DNA of 64,000 bases, taken from contig NC_068982.1 in NCBI RefSeq assembly GCF_001194135.2, positions 66,927,200 to 66,991,199 of the forward strand, in the 5' to 3' direction. Each line of letters begins with the position of its first letter. The first letter of the stretch is position 1. Shown here piece by piece: positions 46,905 to 59,544 of this stretch. The position numbers were made by a program, and so were the translations under genes. Origin of the DNA: Octopus bimaculoides. Lineage: Eukaryota. Under the pieces are notes generated by a model. That model saw nothing but the letters and a program-made list of their open reading frames with translations, ran no database searches and was not told the origin of the DNA.

Positions 46905-47435
46905 GCATGGCTGTATGGTTAAGAAGCTGGTTTTGCAACCACATAGTTTTGAGTTCAATCACAATGTTCAACATCTTGGGCAAATGTCTTCTACTCTAGC
47001 CCAAAGTTGATCAATGCTTTGTGAATGAATTCAGTAGATGGAAACTGTGTAGAAGCCCATCGTCATCATTATCACCATTGCCATTGTCATCATCATCATT
47101 TAATGTCCATTTTCCATGATGGCCTGGATTGGATGGTTTGATAGGAGCTGGCAAGTCACAAGACTGCGCCAAGCTCTGTTGTCTGCTTTGACATGGTTTT
47201 TACAGATGGATGCCCTTTCTAACACCAAACACTTTACAGAGTGTACTGGATGGTTTTTATGTGGCACCAGCAGCAGTGAAGTCACCTACTAATTTACAAA
47301 ACAAGACTACTCAACTGTGGAGGGAAGTAAGTTTGAGGAAGGTGGCTTTGTACTGGATGAGAGATTAGACTATGAATAGAGATATAGAAATAGACATATT
47401 GTGCAGCCCATGCTAGCATGAAAAATGGACATTAA

Positions 47436-47473
<38 letters not shown>

Positions 47474-48590
47474 ATATATGTATGTGTTTGTGTGTGTGTA
47501 TCTATGTATGTGTGTGTGCTTGTGCCACATAAAAAGCACTAAGTCCACTTTGCTGAGTGGTTGCTATTAGGAAGGGCATCCAGCTGTAAAAATCCTGCCA
47601 AAATAGTCACAGAAATCTGGTGCAGGCTTTGGGCTGGCCGGTTCTTGTGGTACCATCTGACCCATGCTAGCATGGAACATGGATGTTAAATGATGATGAT
47701 GATGATGATAATGATATATATATATATANNNNNNNNNNNNNNNNNNNNNNNNNNNNNNNNNNNNNNNNNNNNNNNNNNNNNNNNNNNNNNNNNNNNNNNN
47801 NNNNNNNNNNNTATATATCAGCTTCTAATCTGATTTGACATAGCTTTTACAGCTAGATGTCCTTCCAAACACCAACCACACAAAGAGTGTAATGGGTGCT
47901 TTTTATGTGCCAGTTTTTAAGGCATTATTGACCACAACTATGATTTCACTTGGCTTGAGGAGTCTTCTTAAGTTTCACTTGGTTTGATGAATATGTGTGT
48001 GCATGTGTCTTTATATATATTCATATTAGTACGTATGTACATGTATGTGTATGTGTGTGTGTACGTGTCTGACTTTGTTACCCCCACACACTCACACATA
48101 CACACAATTGATTGACAACTGGTGTTGGCTGGTTTATATCATCATAATCGAAATCGTAGTCCTGGCTAGTGCTACCTGACCGGCACCCATGCTGGTGGCA
48201 CACAATAAGCACCCTTTGAGCATTGGGTCAATGTCAGTTCCACCTGACTGGCTCCTGTGCCAGTGGAACGTAAAAAGCACCCACTACGCTTTCAGAGTTG
48301 TTAGCATTAGGAGGGGCATCCAGCTGTAGAAACCTTGCCAGATCAGATTGGAGCCTGGTGCAGCCTCCTGACTTGCCAGTTTTCAGTCAAACCGTCCAAC
48401 CCACACCAGCATGGAAAGCAGACGTTAAACAATGATGATGATGATGATGATTAGTGGGTTGGCAAAAGAGACCAAAAGAATAAGTACCAGACTTTAAAAT
48501 AATAAGTACTGGGGTCAATTTGTTTGGCTGAACCCTTCAAAGTGGTGCTCTAGCATGGTTGCACTCAATGATTGAAACAAGTAAAAGGTA
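46905..48590. mobile_element. Dense cluster of family C and family D pieces
   Basis: C head 46905-47060 (+); D tails 47090-47290 (-), 47510-47710 (+), 47815-47990 (-), 48140-48450 (+); C tail 48455-48590 (+). Confidence 0.75.
47729..47811. other. Assembly gap (N run) in (TA)n
   Basis: N characters. Confidence 1.
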
Positions 48591-48854
48591 AAAGCAATAC
48601 TCACTCTTCTCTAAACATCTTTAAACAGCTTTTTTTTTAAAATTATTTTATTTCCAAACAAAATGTTTTTTTTTTTTTTCCATTTACATATATTCTTCTA
48701 TTGTTACCAAACTTACCACACAACTATCACAGATCTATCTATCTCAAGTTTGTACCAATTTGAACTTAGGGTGATTCCAACATATGGCTGGACAAACCTG
48801 TTTAACTGATGCTGATGAGCAAATGACCAACTGTAAGAAATTATCACAGAGGTG

Positions 48855-49520
48855 AAAGCATGGCTGGGTGATTGAGAAGTTTGCTTTCCAGCCTCATGAT
48901 TTCAGGTTCAGTCCTACAGTATGACACCAAGGGCAAGTGTCTCCTACTATAGCCTTCAGGCCACTCAAAGCCCTGTGAGTCAATTTGGTAAACAAAAACT
49001 AAGAGAAGTCCATTGTCGTCGTCGTCATTTTAATGACCACTTTTCCATGCTTACTTGGGGAAGGGTGAAATCTATTGAGGCAGACTTTCTACAATCCAAT
49101 GCCCTACCTGTCTCCAACTCTTATCTGTTTCCGAGCAAAGCAATATTTCTCCTTGGCCAGATATGTTTGGGCAGAATAATGGAAATTAATTATTTTCATT
49201 TACAACAATCTCATGCAGCCATAGATAAAAAAAATAAATATGTATGTATGTGTGCAGGCAAGTATGTATGCTTGTGTCTCTTTTATTGTGGCATCACACT
49301 ATAGATATAAGTGAGCATGACTAACATATAAGCAGTGTTCCTCATTTCCAATCTCCTAGGAAAATATAGGGAAATACTATCTCACCTGGAAATGGGGAGG
49401 GCTAGCAAAAGGAAGGGCATTCAGCTGTAGAAAATCCACTTCAAGTAATATGTCTGACCCATACAAATATAGAAAAGTAGATATTAAAACAAAGATGATG
49501 ATGATGATGATGATGATGAT
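48855..49520. mobile_element. Family C SINE with RTE-type tail and a nested inverted tail piece
   Basis: Head 48855-49020; minus-strand tail 49020-49210; plus-strand tail 49280-49520 ending (GAT)n. Confidence 0.65.
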
Positions 49521-50565
49521 GGTTATACATTAAGGTATAGACAGAGTCCCATATTTGAATATATTATTGAAGCTATTTGTGTATCATTTTTAAAGAAGTA
49601 GAGTATGGCAGGGACAATATTCATGATCTTTGAAGGCTTTCCCAGGCTGCTGAGAATGATGCAGCTTTTAGTTTATTTAATTTTCTTTTAGCTGCTGAGT
49701 CTGGAAGAAAGGGGCTGACCACACAACATTTTAGGCTTTCCAACTTTATACTTTTAATGTTTGTGGTGCCCACTCTGAAGAGCTGCAGATCAATATCTAC
49801 CAAAAGAGCATGGGAGGGGAGAGAACCAATGGTCTGGAAGTAAAGACCAGGTATTGTTGTTGTTGTTGTTGTTGTTTAGCTTCAAGTTAGGCTTGATTGA
49901 GCAGAGTATCCCTTCCACAATCAAACTTTTTTCTTTCCGGGCAGCTGACTACATTATCCAATATATATTTCATTTTCTTTTAAGACAGTAAGGTGTAATT
50001 TGAAGGCAATTTGGCTGCTATTTCTAGTAGTCCAAGCAACCTGACTTTCTAGAAGATCTTTAACTAGTTTATGATAGTATTGGTAGGCCTAACCCTCCAA
50101 ATTGTCTAATCAATGAAATTTCCAGTCATACAAAGAGTATAAATAACAATCATTGACACTAGAACAATCCATATTTACAAATACGTTCAACTGAAACAAA
50201 GGAATATTTGGGATTAAATTTACTACATAAATGACTACTCTCTGAATATAACTATCCCAGGTAACTCAGGGGGATGGTCATTATGCTAATAATAAACATA
50301 TGCACTTGTTCTATTTAACTTCTGATTGTTTGATTAAAGAAACAATCAATTAGTTATTTGATTAATACTTAACAAATTAACTAATAATAATAATAATAAT
50401 AATAATAAAAGAAGTTAAATACAATCAGTGCATGTGTTTATTATTGGCAGAATTACTTTCTCAAGATACAACGGAATCTGTTTCAAACCAAATACAAACA
50501 TGAAATATTCTAATATATTTAAAAAGAAGCTTTTGTGGGGTATACAAAATATATAGATGTAAAGG

Positions 50566-50900
50566 ATAAAAACCCCCTTTGGTCATGAGTGACCATAGGA
50601 TTGCACCTAGGAAGTTTCCCTCCAAGGCACAAGTCTGGGCAAAGTTGTTTATGGAAGACCAGCAGTCACCTGTGCATACCAGCCTCCCCTCTCCATGCCA
50701 TCGATGTTATCCAAGGGAAAGGCAAAGGCTGATACAGCTTTGTACTAGTGACATTACAATTCATTTCTATAGCTGAGTGAACTGGAGCAATGTGAAATAA
50801 AGGGTCTTGATCAAGAACACAACACACAGCCCAGTCCAGGAATCAAACCCACTATCTCAGAATTGTGAGCCTAACACACTAACCACTGAGCTATGTACCT
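50566..50900 (-). mobile_element. SINE family E, full length
   Basis: Reverse complement of the 10086-10445/11985-12305 family. Confidence 0.85.
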
Positions 50901-51280
50901 TCATATAGATGTAGACAATGAGAAAACAGTCATTATATTAGCAATTTATGGTGTAAGTATACACACTTTGTATCTTTGACCCTGGAACATACACAGTCCC
51001 ATGTGTTGAAGTGGAAAAGTACCCAGTGTACTAAATTCAACATTTACGATCCACTTTCATCCTACTTAGCCAACATTACTTTTTCTCAAGTGTTAATGAA
51101 AAATACAGTAAAGGAATTTCAGTAAATTATTTTTATATCTTTATGGAATTTAGAATCTCTGATTTGCAATCTGAGATCAAATTGGCAACACTGACCTACA
51201 ACTGGTCACAGTTGACCTCTTATGTTTCTAGACGTTCAGCTTTAATGAAGAGGAAATGACAGTCATCGTAAAACCCAACA

Positions 51281-51603
51281 TAAGAAGGAAGGTAAGATAA
51301 AAGGTCAGAGAAAACCTGTGAGAGTTCTACGTTTCAAGAAAGATTATGATCGGATTATGCAATCCAGACAAGCAAGGTAAGATTTCTAAGTCTTCACTTC
51401 AACAGAGATTTCTAAAAAATCACCGGAGTGTTGATTCAAAAACTTTTTATTTACATCATATTACATGTAATTTTTTAGAAATCTCTGTTGAAGTGAAGAC
51501 TTAAAAATTTTACTTTGTCTGGATTGCATAATCCAACCAAAATCTTTGCTGAAACACAGAATTCTCACTGGTTTTCTCTCAATTTATCTTACCTTCCATC
51601 TTA
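51281..51603. repeat. Fold-back (~135-bp arms, 49-nt spacer), MITE-like
   Basis: Perfect 34-bp core 51387-51420/51470-51503; outer arms TAAGA(A/T)GGAAGGTAAGATAAA. Confidence 0.9.
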
Positions 51604-51628
51604 AGTTTTATATATATATATATATATC

Positions 51629-51690
51629 AATAATAATAATAATCCTTGGATGGAATTTATAAATTTCATCCAAGGATTATTATTATTATT
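51629..51690. repeat. 62-bp loopless palindrome with one mismatch
   Basis: (AAT)n-CCTTGGATGGAATTTA|TAAATTTCATCCAAGG-(ATT)n. Confidence 0.9.
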
Positions 51691-51762
51691 ATTATTACTA
51701 TATTTATCCTACATTATATCAGCACAGCTCAGTGTGGCTCCAAAAAACTGGTATCGCCAGTT

Positions 51763-51798
51763 GACATCATTGGTCTGTAGGACATCATTGGTCTGTAG
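51763..51798. repeat. 18-bp tandem duplication
   Basis: GACATCATTGGTCTGTAG x2. Confidence 0.9.
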
Positions 51799-51831
51799 GA
51801 GCTTTTATATACATATTTAAAACTTTTCCCA

Positions 51832-52413
51832 NNNNNNNNNNNNNNNNNNNNNNNNNNNNNNNNNNNNNNNNNNNNNNNNNNNNNNNNNNNNNNNNNNNNN
51901 NNNNNNNNNNNNNNNNNNNNNNNNNNNNNNNNNNNNNNNNNNNNNNNNNNNNNNNNNNNNNNNNNNNNNNNNNNNNNNNNNNNNNNNNNNNNNNNNNNNN
52001 NNNNNNNNNNNNNNNNNNNNNNNNNNNNNNNNNNNNNNNNNNNNNNNNNNNNNNNNNNNNNNNNNNNNNNNNNNNNNNNNNNNNNNNNNNNNNNNNNNNN
52101 NNNNNNNNNNNNNNNNNNNNNNNNNNNNNNNNNNNNNNNNNNNNNNNNNNNNNNNNNNNNNNNNNNNNNNNNNNNNNNNNNNNNNNNNNNNNNNNNNNNN
52201 NNNNNNNNNNNNNNNNNNNNNNNNNNNNNNNNNNNNNNNNNNNNNNNNNNNNNNNNNNNNNNNNNNNNNNNNNNNNNNNNNNNNNNNNNNNNNNNNNNNN
52301 NNNNNNNNNNNNNNNNNNNNNNNNNNNNNNNNNNNNNNNNNNNNNNNNNNNNNNNNNNNNNNNNNNNNNNNNNNNNNNNNNNNNNNNNNNNNNNNNNNNN
52401 NNNNNNNNNNNNN
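51832..52413. other. Assembly gap (N run)
   Basis: N characters. Confidence 1.
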
Positions 52414-52457
<44 letters not shown>

Positions 52458-52527
52458 GCATGCGTGAACTGTCTAAGATACCATAAGTCAGAAAAAAGGT
52501 GCACTTGTATATCTGTCAATACATAAC

Positions 52528-52867
52528 CTTATGCTCATCGGAGTTAGCTGATATAGAAAAAAATATGGCGACTGCTCTCTATTGTTGGAGGTAGATTAAC
52601 GCATGCAGTTTGCGGCTGCTGTGAAAAAGGGTTTGGAGATTAGGTTAGAAGTTATATCCCTTGGTTGGGTCCCCACAAACACTTGAAGATAACTTTTACC
52701 GGCCTTACAGCGTACCCAATCAAGGGATATGACTCCTAACCTAATCCCTGGCCATTTTTCATGACTTTGTCCACAGCAGCTGCAAACCAGATGTGCTAAT
52801 CCACCTCCGACAATAGAGAGCAGTCACTATATTCTGTTTCATATCGGCTAACTCTAATGAGTGTAAG
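52528..52867. repeat. Fold-back (~145-bp diverged arms), MITE-like
   Basis: GGAGTTAGCTGATAT...GACTGCTCTCTATTGTTGGAGGT pairs with ACCTCCGACAATAGAGAGCAGTC...ATATCGGCTAACTC. Confidence 0.85.
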
Positions 52868-53159
52868 ATTATATAATCGGACTGTTACCTAACACTCCAT
52901 TGTATTCCTAGCATGAAACCAGCTGTGATGGATATATAATACTGTACATTTCGGATGATGATAATATATATATATATACATACACACACACACACACACA
53001 CATAAATGCACCTTGATATGCACATAAAAATAATGATATAGATCTCATTCTCTTCATTGTACATCAGTAGGGTGTGAGTCATTCTGTCAATAAATATTAT
53101 ACATACACTGATTATATCTCACTTCTTTACTTATTTGCCAATCTGAATTTTGAAGGTTA

Positions 53160-53445
53160 TTTTCACTACTCAAGTGGTTGAGGACTTCACAAAATGAGCA
53201 TCTGCAAAGCCCCTACAGCCAACCTCTATGAGCTAGCAGTGTGCATTCCAGCCTCTGGTCTAGAACTTATCCCCCACTTCCTCGTACTTTATGTGATTCT
53301 TCTCAATCATTTCCCCAACATACTCTTTCCAGAAACCCATAGATTCCAGCATGACCAGTTGCTAGTTGCCTAAGGTGATGATCATGACTGACTATCGTGA
53401 TGTTGCTATCACGTGTTGTGGGAACTTCAGTTGCTTGCTCAGATC
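53160..53445 (-). mobile_element. Hero-clade LINE RLE fragment (degenerate)
   Basis: LSKQLKFPQHVIATS...QLVMLE...W.E...KYEEV...RGWNAHC*LIEVGCRGF. Confidence 0.75.
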
Positions 53446-53819
53446 AATGTACATATAAATGAATGAATGAGAGACACAGAGTGAGGGACAGAGACAGAGT
53501 GATGGGCAGACAGAGAAAGAGAGAGTGCGATAGACAGAGACAGACAGATAGGGAGCAGGGTATCTTTAATAAAAATAGATAATTTTCTGAGAGACCAAAT
53601 TGCTTGTCAGGGTTACTTTTCACAGTATAAAGCAGCTTACCTTGTCAAGATATTCAAGTAAGGTACAAAGGTTTAACACTTAAAATTAAACTGTTCAAAT
53701 GCTTTGATTATTATATCGGAACAAAGTGTAATATTCCTCCAAGTGGAAATTCATGGAATATTTTTACTAGTCTTGCTTTTTAATGTTTGTTTTATCTTTT
53801 TTTTTTCCTTCTTTATCTT

Positions 53820-54135
53820 TTACCTTTTACTTGTTGCAGTCATTGGGCTGTGGTCATGTTGCCACATCGCATTTAATTGAGCCCAGTACTTTTTCTTTAA
53901 GCCTGTATTCTATCAATATCTTCTGCCAAGCTATTTAGTTATAAGAAGGTAAACAAATCAACACCAATAGTCAATCGAGGTTGAGACACACACACACACA
54001 CACATAAAATCCACTACTTACAGATTGACTCATGGCCTATGGCTATATAGAAGACACTTCTCCAAGGTGCCATACAGTGGAACTGAACCCAGAACCATGT
54101 GGTTGGGAAGAAAATGTCTTCACACAGCCATGCCA
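53820..54135 (-). mobile_element. SINE family C
   Basis: Homologous to 26353-26778. Confidence 0.75.
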
Positions 54136-54624
54136 GCACCTGTATAAAATCTTTTTTAGAAAATAATTGCCTTAAGTTCCTTTTTTTTATTTATTTAATT
54201 AGAGTTTTCAGAAATATAAATTAAAAAACTGCAGAGTAGGATATAACAAAGCGTCTGAAGTTCTGAAAATGATGAATACAAACTAGTCTCTTTTTAATAG
54301 CAATTGACATATGTATGACAATATTTAACTGGATCACTACATATTTCAAGAAGACAGTCATATACCTCACACTCATTACACCTAACCACAACTAAAATAC
54401 ATAAACACAATGCAAATACATTGCTACAAATGATAGACCTTATAATGTTTGATAATCTCCCTCAGCAACTTCATGTATACTGCTCCGAAAAACTGCAACT
54501 CTAAAAAACTTCAAGCACAATCAGTTGGTAACCCTCAACAAATCTTAAGTAAGACCAATATTATCTGAGTTGGTCCAGGTTGATTTCAACTATACACTTC
54601 CCTCTATATTATGTGGCCTTCAAA

Positions 54625-54835
54625 GATGGTGAGCTGGCAGAATCATTAGCACGTCAGGCAAAGTGCTTAGTGGTATTTTGTCTGCTTTTACATTCTTAGT
54701 TCATATTCTGCTGAAGCTAACTTTGCTTTTCATCTTTTCAGGGCTGATAAAATAAGTACCAGTTGACAATGGGGTTAATGTAATCAATTTACCCAACCCT
54801 TGAAATCGCTGGCCTTGTGAAAAAAAATTGAAATC
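54625..54835 (+). mobile_element. SINE family A
   Basis: GGTGAGCTGGCAGAATCATTAGCACG...GATAAAATAAGTACCAG...GGCCTTGTG. Confidence 0.85.
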
Positions 54836-55031
54836 AATATTATGCTGCCTTCTCCCAACATTAACAAACTACTTTTATTGTTATTTCTTAATGTTATCAT
54901 TATACTTTTATTGTTTAACCCTCAGTCAACCCTGATCAAGTAAACCCATCATCAAAGATACTCAAATCTTGGCCTTTTTTTATAGGAATAGTGTTGTGTG
55001 TAATTTTTAAGATGACAGAATGTGATATGAG

Positions 55032-55202
55032 CACTAGCGTAGCTAGAGGGTGGTGGAGGGGTGATCCACCCTGGGCGGTACTTTTATGGGGGTGGCACCA
55101 CTTCTGAGTCTGCTGTAGGCAACATGTATTTTTTGTGGGGGGGCCCAGAGACAGCAATCTGAAAGGCCACTCTGGGTGGCACACCCTCTAACTATGCTAG
55201 TG
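55032..55202. mobile_element. hAT (Tip100-like) MITE inserted in a family F element
   Basis: 21-bp TIRs CACTAGC(G/A)TAG(C/T)TAGAGGGTG; 8-bp TSD GATATGAG/GATGTGAG. Confidence 0.8.
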
Positions 55203-56139
55203 GATGTGAGGGAGATTTGGTTACTCGCTCTAACAGGTTAAATGACTATGTTGAAGCACCTTTATTGGCTTGTCATTGTTTTGTTTCTGCTGTTATTGTG
55301 TTCTTGTTGGAGATACCATTTAGATCAGACATAGGCAACCTTTTCCAAGATGTGGGCTACATCAGACATGACTCACCATCAAGTGAATAGCACTACTACA
55401 AAAATTCAAGGTAATTTTTCCTTTGGTGTGCCATTCAGAAAGAGCTGTAAGCCAACTGATTTGGCTATTCCATATTTTCGGTGAAATACTGTATAACTTC
55501 AACTCAAGTAAGAGAACAATTTTGTTACTTTCCAGATAAGCAATAAATTACTAATTATAATTATAAATTAATTCTAATGATACAGATACATATTTCAAAT
55601 TGCCGAACCATCCAACCCACAATAACACTAAAATATAAGCTTTAGATAACTTTAATTGTCATCAATCAATTTAAAAAGTAAAATGATATTATACCAAGCT
55701 GAAACAGAAAAGAACAACAATGTAGGATTAGAATCTTATATATTTTGCTTACTAGCTGACTATATTGTTGATTACACCAGACCAGAGAGTCCTTGCCAGT
55801 CCTTCTTCTTAGATTAGATATTATAAATCTATTTTCCTGTCATATGTTGTTATACAATATCATCTCTACAAGATAATTGGCTAGTCACTTAGTGCTAAGA
55901 GGATAGGCCATACTATTAATGAACAAACAGCAAGTGGGGGTGGGACATCCCTGTTTCATGTATATAATGATAAATAACATAATAAATCAAATTATTAACA
56001 GTTAAGACTTCCTATGTTGTCTCAATAATTAATAAAGGTTTGGTGAAGCAAAAAGGAAAATAGAACTCAAAACATGATTACACACACTCACACATGTGCA
56101 TGCACACAAACATGCACACATAAAGCAAACACACAAGGT

Positions 56140-56620
56140 GCAGACGTGGCTGGGCGGTCAGAAACTTGCTTCCCAACCACATGATTCAGGGTTCAGTTAC
56201 AATGCATGGCATCTTGGATGTCTTCTACTAGAGCCTTGGGCCAACCAAAGCCTTGTGAGTGGATTTGGTAAACAGAAACTCTGTATGTGTGTGTGTGTTA
56301 CCGTGTGTGTGTGTGTGTGTGGGTGTGTGCATGCATGTCTTTGAGGCTGTTTGTCCTCCCCACCCCTTCCACTGTTTCACAATCAGTGCCAGTGTGTTTA
56401 CATCCCTGTAACTTAGCAGTTCAGCAAAATAAGTACCAGGTTTTAAAAAAATAAGCCTATTTATATATATATATAGTAACTGTGTGGTAAGAAGTTTGCT
56501 TCCCAACCACATGGTTCTGAGTTCAGTCCCAATGCATGGCCCTTTGGGCAAATGACTTCTACTATAGCCTGGGCTAACTAAAGCCTTGTGAGTAGATTAG
56601 GTGGACAGACAGGAACTGAA
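56140..56620 (+). mobile_element. Two family C SINE copies
   Basis: Heads near 56140 and 56478, each with GCTTCCCAACCACATG...GGGCAA/TCTTCTACTA...CCAAAGCCTTGTGAGT. Confidence 0.8.
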
Positions 56621-56671
56621 CTTCTTACTTCTTACCACATACACATACATGAAACTATTATATACAAGTAT

Positions 56672-56704
<33 letters not shown>

Positions 56705-56707
<3 letters not shown>

Positions 56708-57837
56708 GAAAATTGGTGAGTGTTTGTTTGTGGCGTTGTTACCTAACTCCTCCTACATCGTTTTATTGATTTTGATGAAACTTGATACATGAGTAGAACT
56801 CATGCCTGGAAACATCATGACATACTTAGATTGTTGAAAAAATTGATAATACGGCCCCTGGAAGGTACCTTTATATCTACCTCATATAACTAATTTTTTT
56901 TTAAACATCCAAGAAAATAACCCATAGCACGAGCACAATATTTTTTTTTAAATACTCAAGGGAAAAACCCATTTCATTGTTTATGTTCGATTAATTTGAA
57001 TATTGATTTTTTTGTGTCCAATTTCTAATTTTTGCAGGCAATATCACTTTTTTATTTTATTTGACATGTGAGTAGAACTCATGTCTGGAAACTTTGTGAC
57101 ATACTTAGATTATTGAAAAAAATTGATAATGGGGCCCATCCAATGTATCCTCCTATCTACTACATATTACTAATATTTTATTTAAACCCAAGGGAAATAA
57201 TCCATATCACCTGCAGTTTTTAGCAAAGCAATCAATATCTGATTCTCACGATCAGTCGACCTAATTCTGCATTTCACTACTCACACTTTTGAACTGCTAA
57301 ACCTTATTATTGCACTTACTTAATATGAATCTTAAACCTTAGAGACTTCATTCATACATTTCTATACATACATACTTTTTTGAATACCCACTACTCCGAT
57401 TATTCTGCATTTTTACAGTTACACTTTCTCCATGACAGTAGATAAATTTTTTTTTCCACAATGTATTTGTAGTAGCTTCATGCAGGCATAGCATAGATTC
57501 GATCTTCAACTACCAAATTTCACTTAACAATTCAACAGCGCTTTTCTCACAGTAAAACAATAGTTTTTCTGTGAATGACAACCTCCCTTGCCAACCACCG
57601 ACAACCTCTCTCGCCAACCTCCGACAATCTTTTTCACCAACCTCCGAAAACCTCTCTCACTAACCGCCAACAATTTCTCCATCCTCTAGCTGACAGTTTC
57701 TGTACTTTTTCGTGATGGAAAATACACCTTTTGTGGCAGTTATAACAAAATTGCTTTTAATAAGGCATTTATTATATAGTAATAAGGCATTTCAATAGAA
57801 CATCTTTACCCATGGGAATTATCAGGTACACCAGCTA

Positions 57838-57838
<1 letters not shown>
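56705..57838 (+). mobile_element. Helitron/Helentron-like non-autonomous element in (TA)n
   Basis: Ends CAGCTAG before (TA)n; 5' TTTGATGAAACTTG motif; ~140-bp internal direct repeat (56790/57069); 23-bp minisatellite 57577-57668. Confidence 0.6.
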
Positions 57839-57910
<72 letters not shown>

Positions 57911-57975
57911 AATTATATATATCTACACACAATTTATATATATACACACAAATTATATATATACACACAAATTAA
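57839..57975. repeat. (TA)n followed by ~19-bp TACACACAAATTATATATA repeats
   Basis: Direct reading. Confidence 0.9.
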
Positions 57976-58194
57976 TCAGAAGTCACAGAGTGATTCAAGG
58001 TCAGGCAGTTTCATGCACTAGCACTTATCAAATATGTTCCAAATTATGGGGATTACATTTATGTGGACCAAATACATTATAATTCTCTCTGGATTGTTCT
58101 AGAATTATATAAACAATTACAAGGTCACATGAATAATACATATATTTTCAAAAGAAATATAATAATTAATATCAAAATTTAATATTCCAGCAGC

Positions 58195-58610
58195 TTTTGC
58201 AATCATGAATTTATGTTCAGTCCTACTGCATGGCACCTTGGGCAAATGTCTTCTACTAAAGCTCTGGACTGACCAAAGCCTTGAGAATAAATTTGGTTAA
58301 GGGAAACTTAAAAAGAAATCCATTGCATGAGTGCATATATATGTATGTCTGTGCATGTGGCATAGTGGTTGGACTGTTACACTCATAAACAGAAGATCAT
58401 GGTTTCGATTCCCAAATTGGTAGTGTATTGTGTTTTTAAGCAAAACACTTCATTGCACGTAGCTCCAGTCCACTCAGCTGTAAATGGGTGATCCTGTGCT
58501 GGACTGGCATTCCATTCAGGGGGAATGTTGGCCTGCCCACCTTAGCCAGCAGGGTGGTATCATTCGAAAGCTACGATAATGAGAGGTATAACATAGCTTC
58601 TAGCAGTGTA
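58195..58610 (+). mobile_element. Family C head plus family E variant
   Basis: GGCACCTTGGGCAAATGTCTTCTAC; GTTTCGATTCCC...CCAGTCCACTCAGCTGTAAATGGG. Confidence 0.7.
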
Positions 58611-58699
58611 TAACATCAAATAGTTTGGCTGATACAAGGAGAGAGGGATGGATGGATAGATGGAGGGAGGGAGAGATGCATGTATGTATGTATTCTTTT

Positions 58700-58906
58700 A
58701 TTCTTTTACTTGTTTCAATCATGACTGTGGCCATGCTGGAGCACTGCCTTGAAAGGTTTTAGCCAAACAAATTGACACCAGGACCTATTTATAATGCCTA
58801 GTACTTATTTTATCAGTCTCTTTTGCTGAACCACTAAATTATGGGGATGTAAACACACCAACATCAGTTGTCAAGCAGTGATGGGGACAAACACAGACAC
58901 AAAAAC

Positions 58907-58958
<52 letters not shown>

Positions 58959-59085
58959 ACAGGCTTCTTTCGTTTCCATCTACCAAATCCACTCACAAGG
59001 CTTTGGTTGGCCTGAGGCTATAGTAGAAGACATTTGCCGAATGTGCCACACAGTGGGACTGAACTGGAACCATATGGTTAGGAAG
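58700..59085 (-). mobile_element. SINE family C, full length
   Basis: Homologous to 26353-26778. Confidence 0.85.
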
Positions 59086-59131
59086 CGTATATGTATTTAT
59101 GTATGTATATATGTATATAAGTTTTATTCAG

Positions 59132-59515
59132 TGAGCTCACTTCAGGGAAAAGACCACAGGTTCACCCTCTTTGAAGATACAAGAACCAAGTCAAAGCAAC
59201 TCTGAAGGCCACTGGACTTGAGCCTAAATCGTTTGAAACACAAGCCTGAGACTGTACCAAGTGGCGGTATTCCATCACCATCAGAGCCAAAAACTTTGAA
59301 GACACCAGAAGAAAAAAGGAAGAAATCAAACAACGGGAGAGAAACGCTTGACAAAATCAACTTTGTCCTCCACCAACATTACCATGCCGTCAATGCCATT
59401 GACTCTTCTGTGCAAGGATTGGTCTACAGTCATCAATGCCATCACCATAAAGGAAGTGTTCAGCAAAGAAGAAACTAAATTCTTAGATAGACAAAGCTGA
59501 TGCTGCTGATGATGT
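59132..59515 (+). mobile_element. RTE/BovB-like LINE 3' end
   Basis: GKRPQVHPL*RYKNQVKATLKATGLEPKSFETQA*DCTKWRYSITIRAKNFE...PCRQCH*LFCARIGLQS (C-terminal zinc-finger-like); (GAT/GCT) tail. Confidence 0.8.
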
Positions 59516-59544
59516 ATATAAGTATTGGAGTACTATAATTGACC

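Noticed and set aside
49621-49803. Minus ORF containing FRVGTTN, like the RTE endonuclease start
   Set aside because: The similarity is limited to about seven residues and downstream motifs are absent.
57577-57668. Regularly spaced 23-bp repeats (CRISPR-like?)
   Set aside because: Units are contiguous with no unique spacers, in a eukaryotic context with no cas genes; it is a minisatellite.
59218-59478. 86-aa His-containing ORF resembling a host terminal exon
   Set aside because: The alternative frame reads as an RTE LINE C-terminus (RYK..K..LK...WR......FE...C..C...F..RIGL.S); the ORF is an off-frame by-product.
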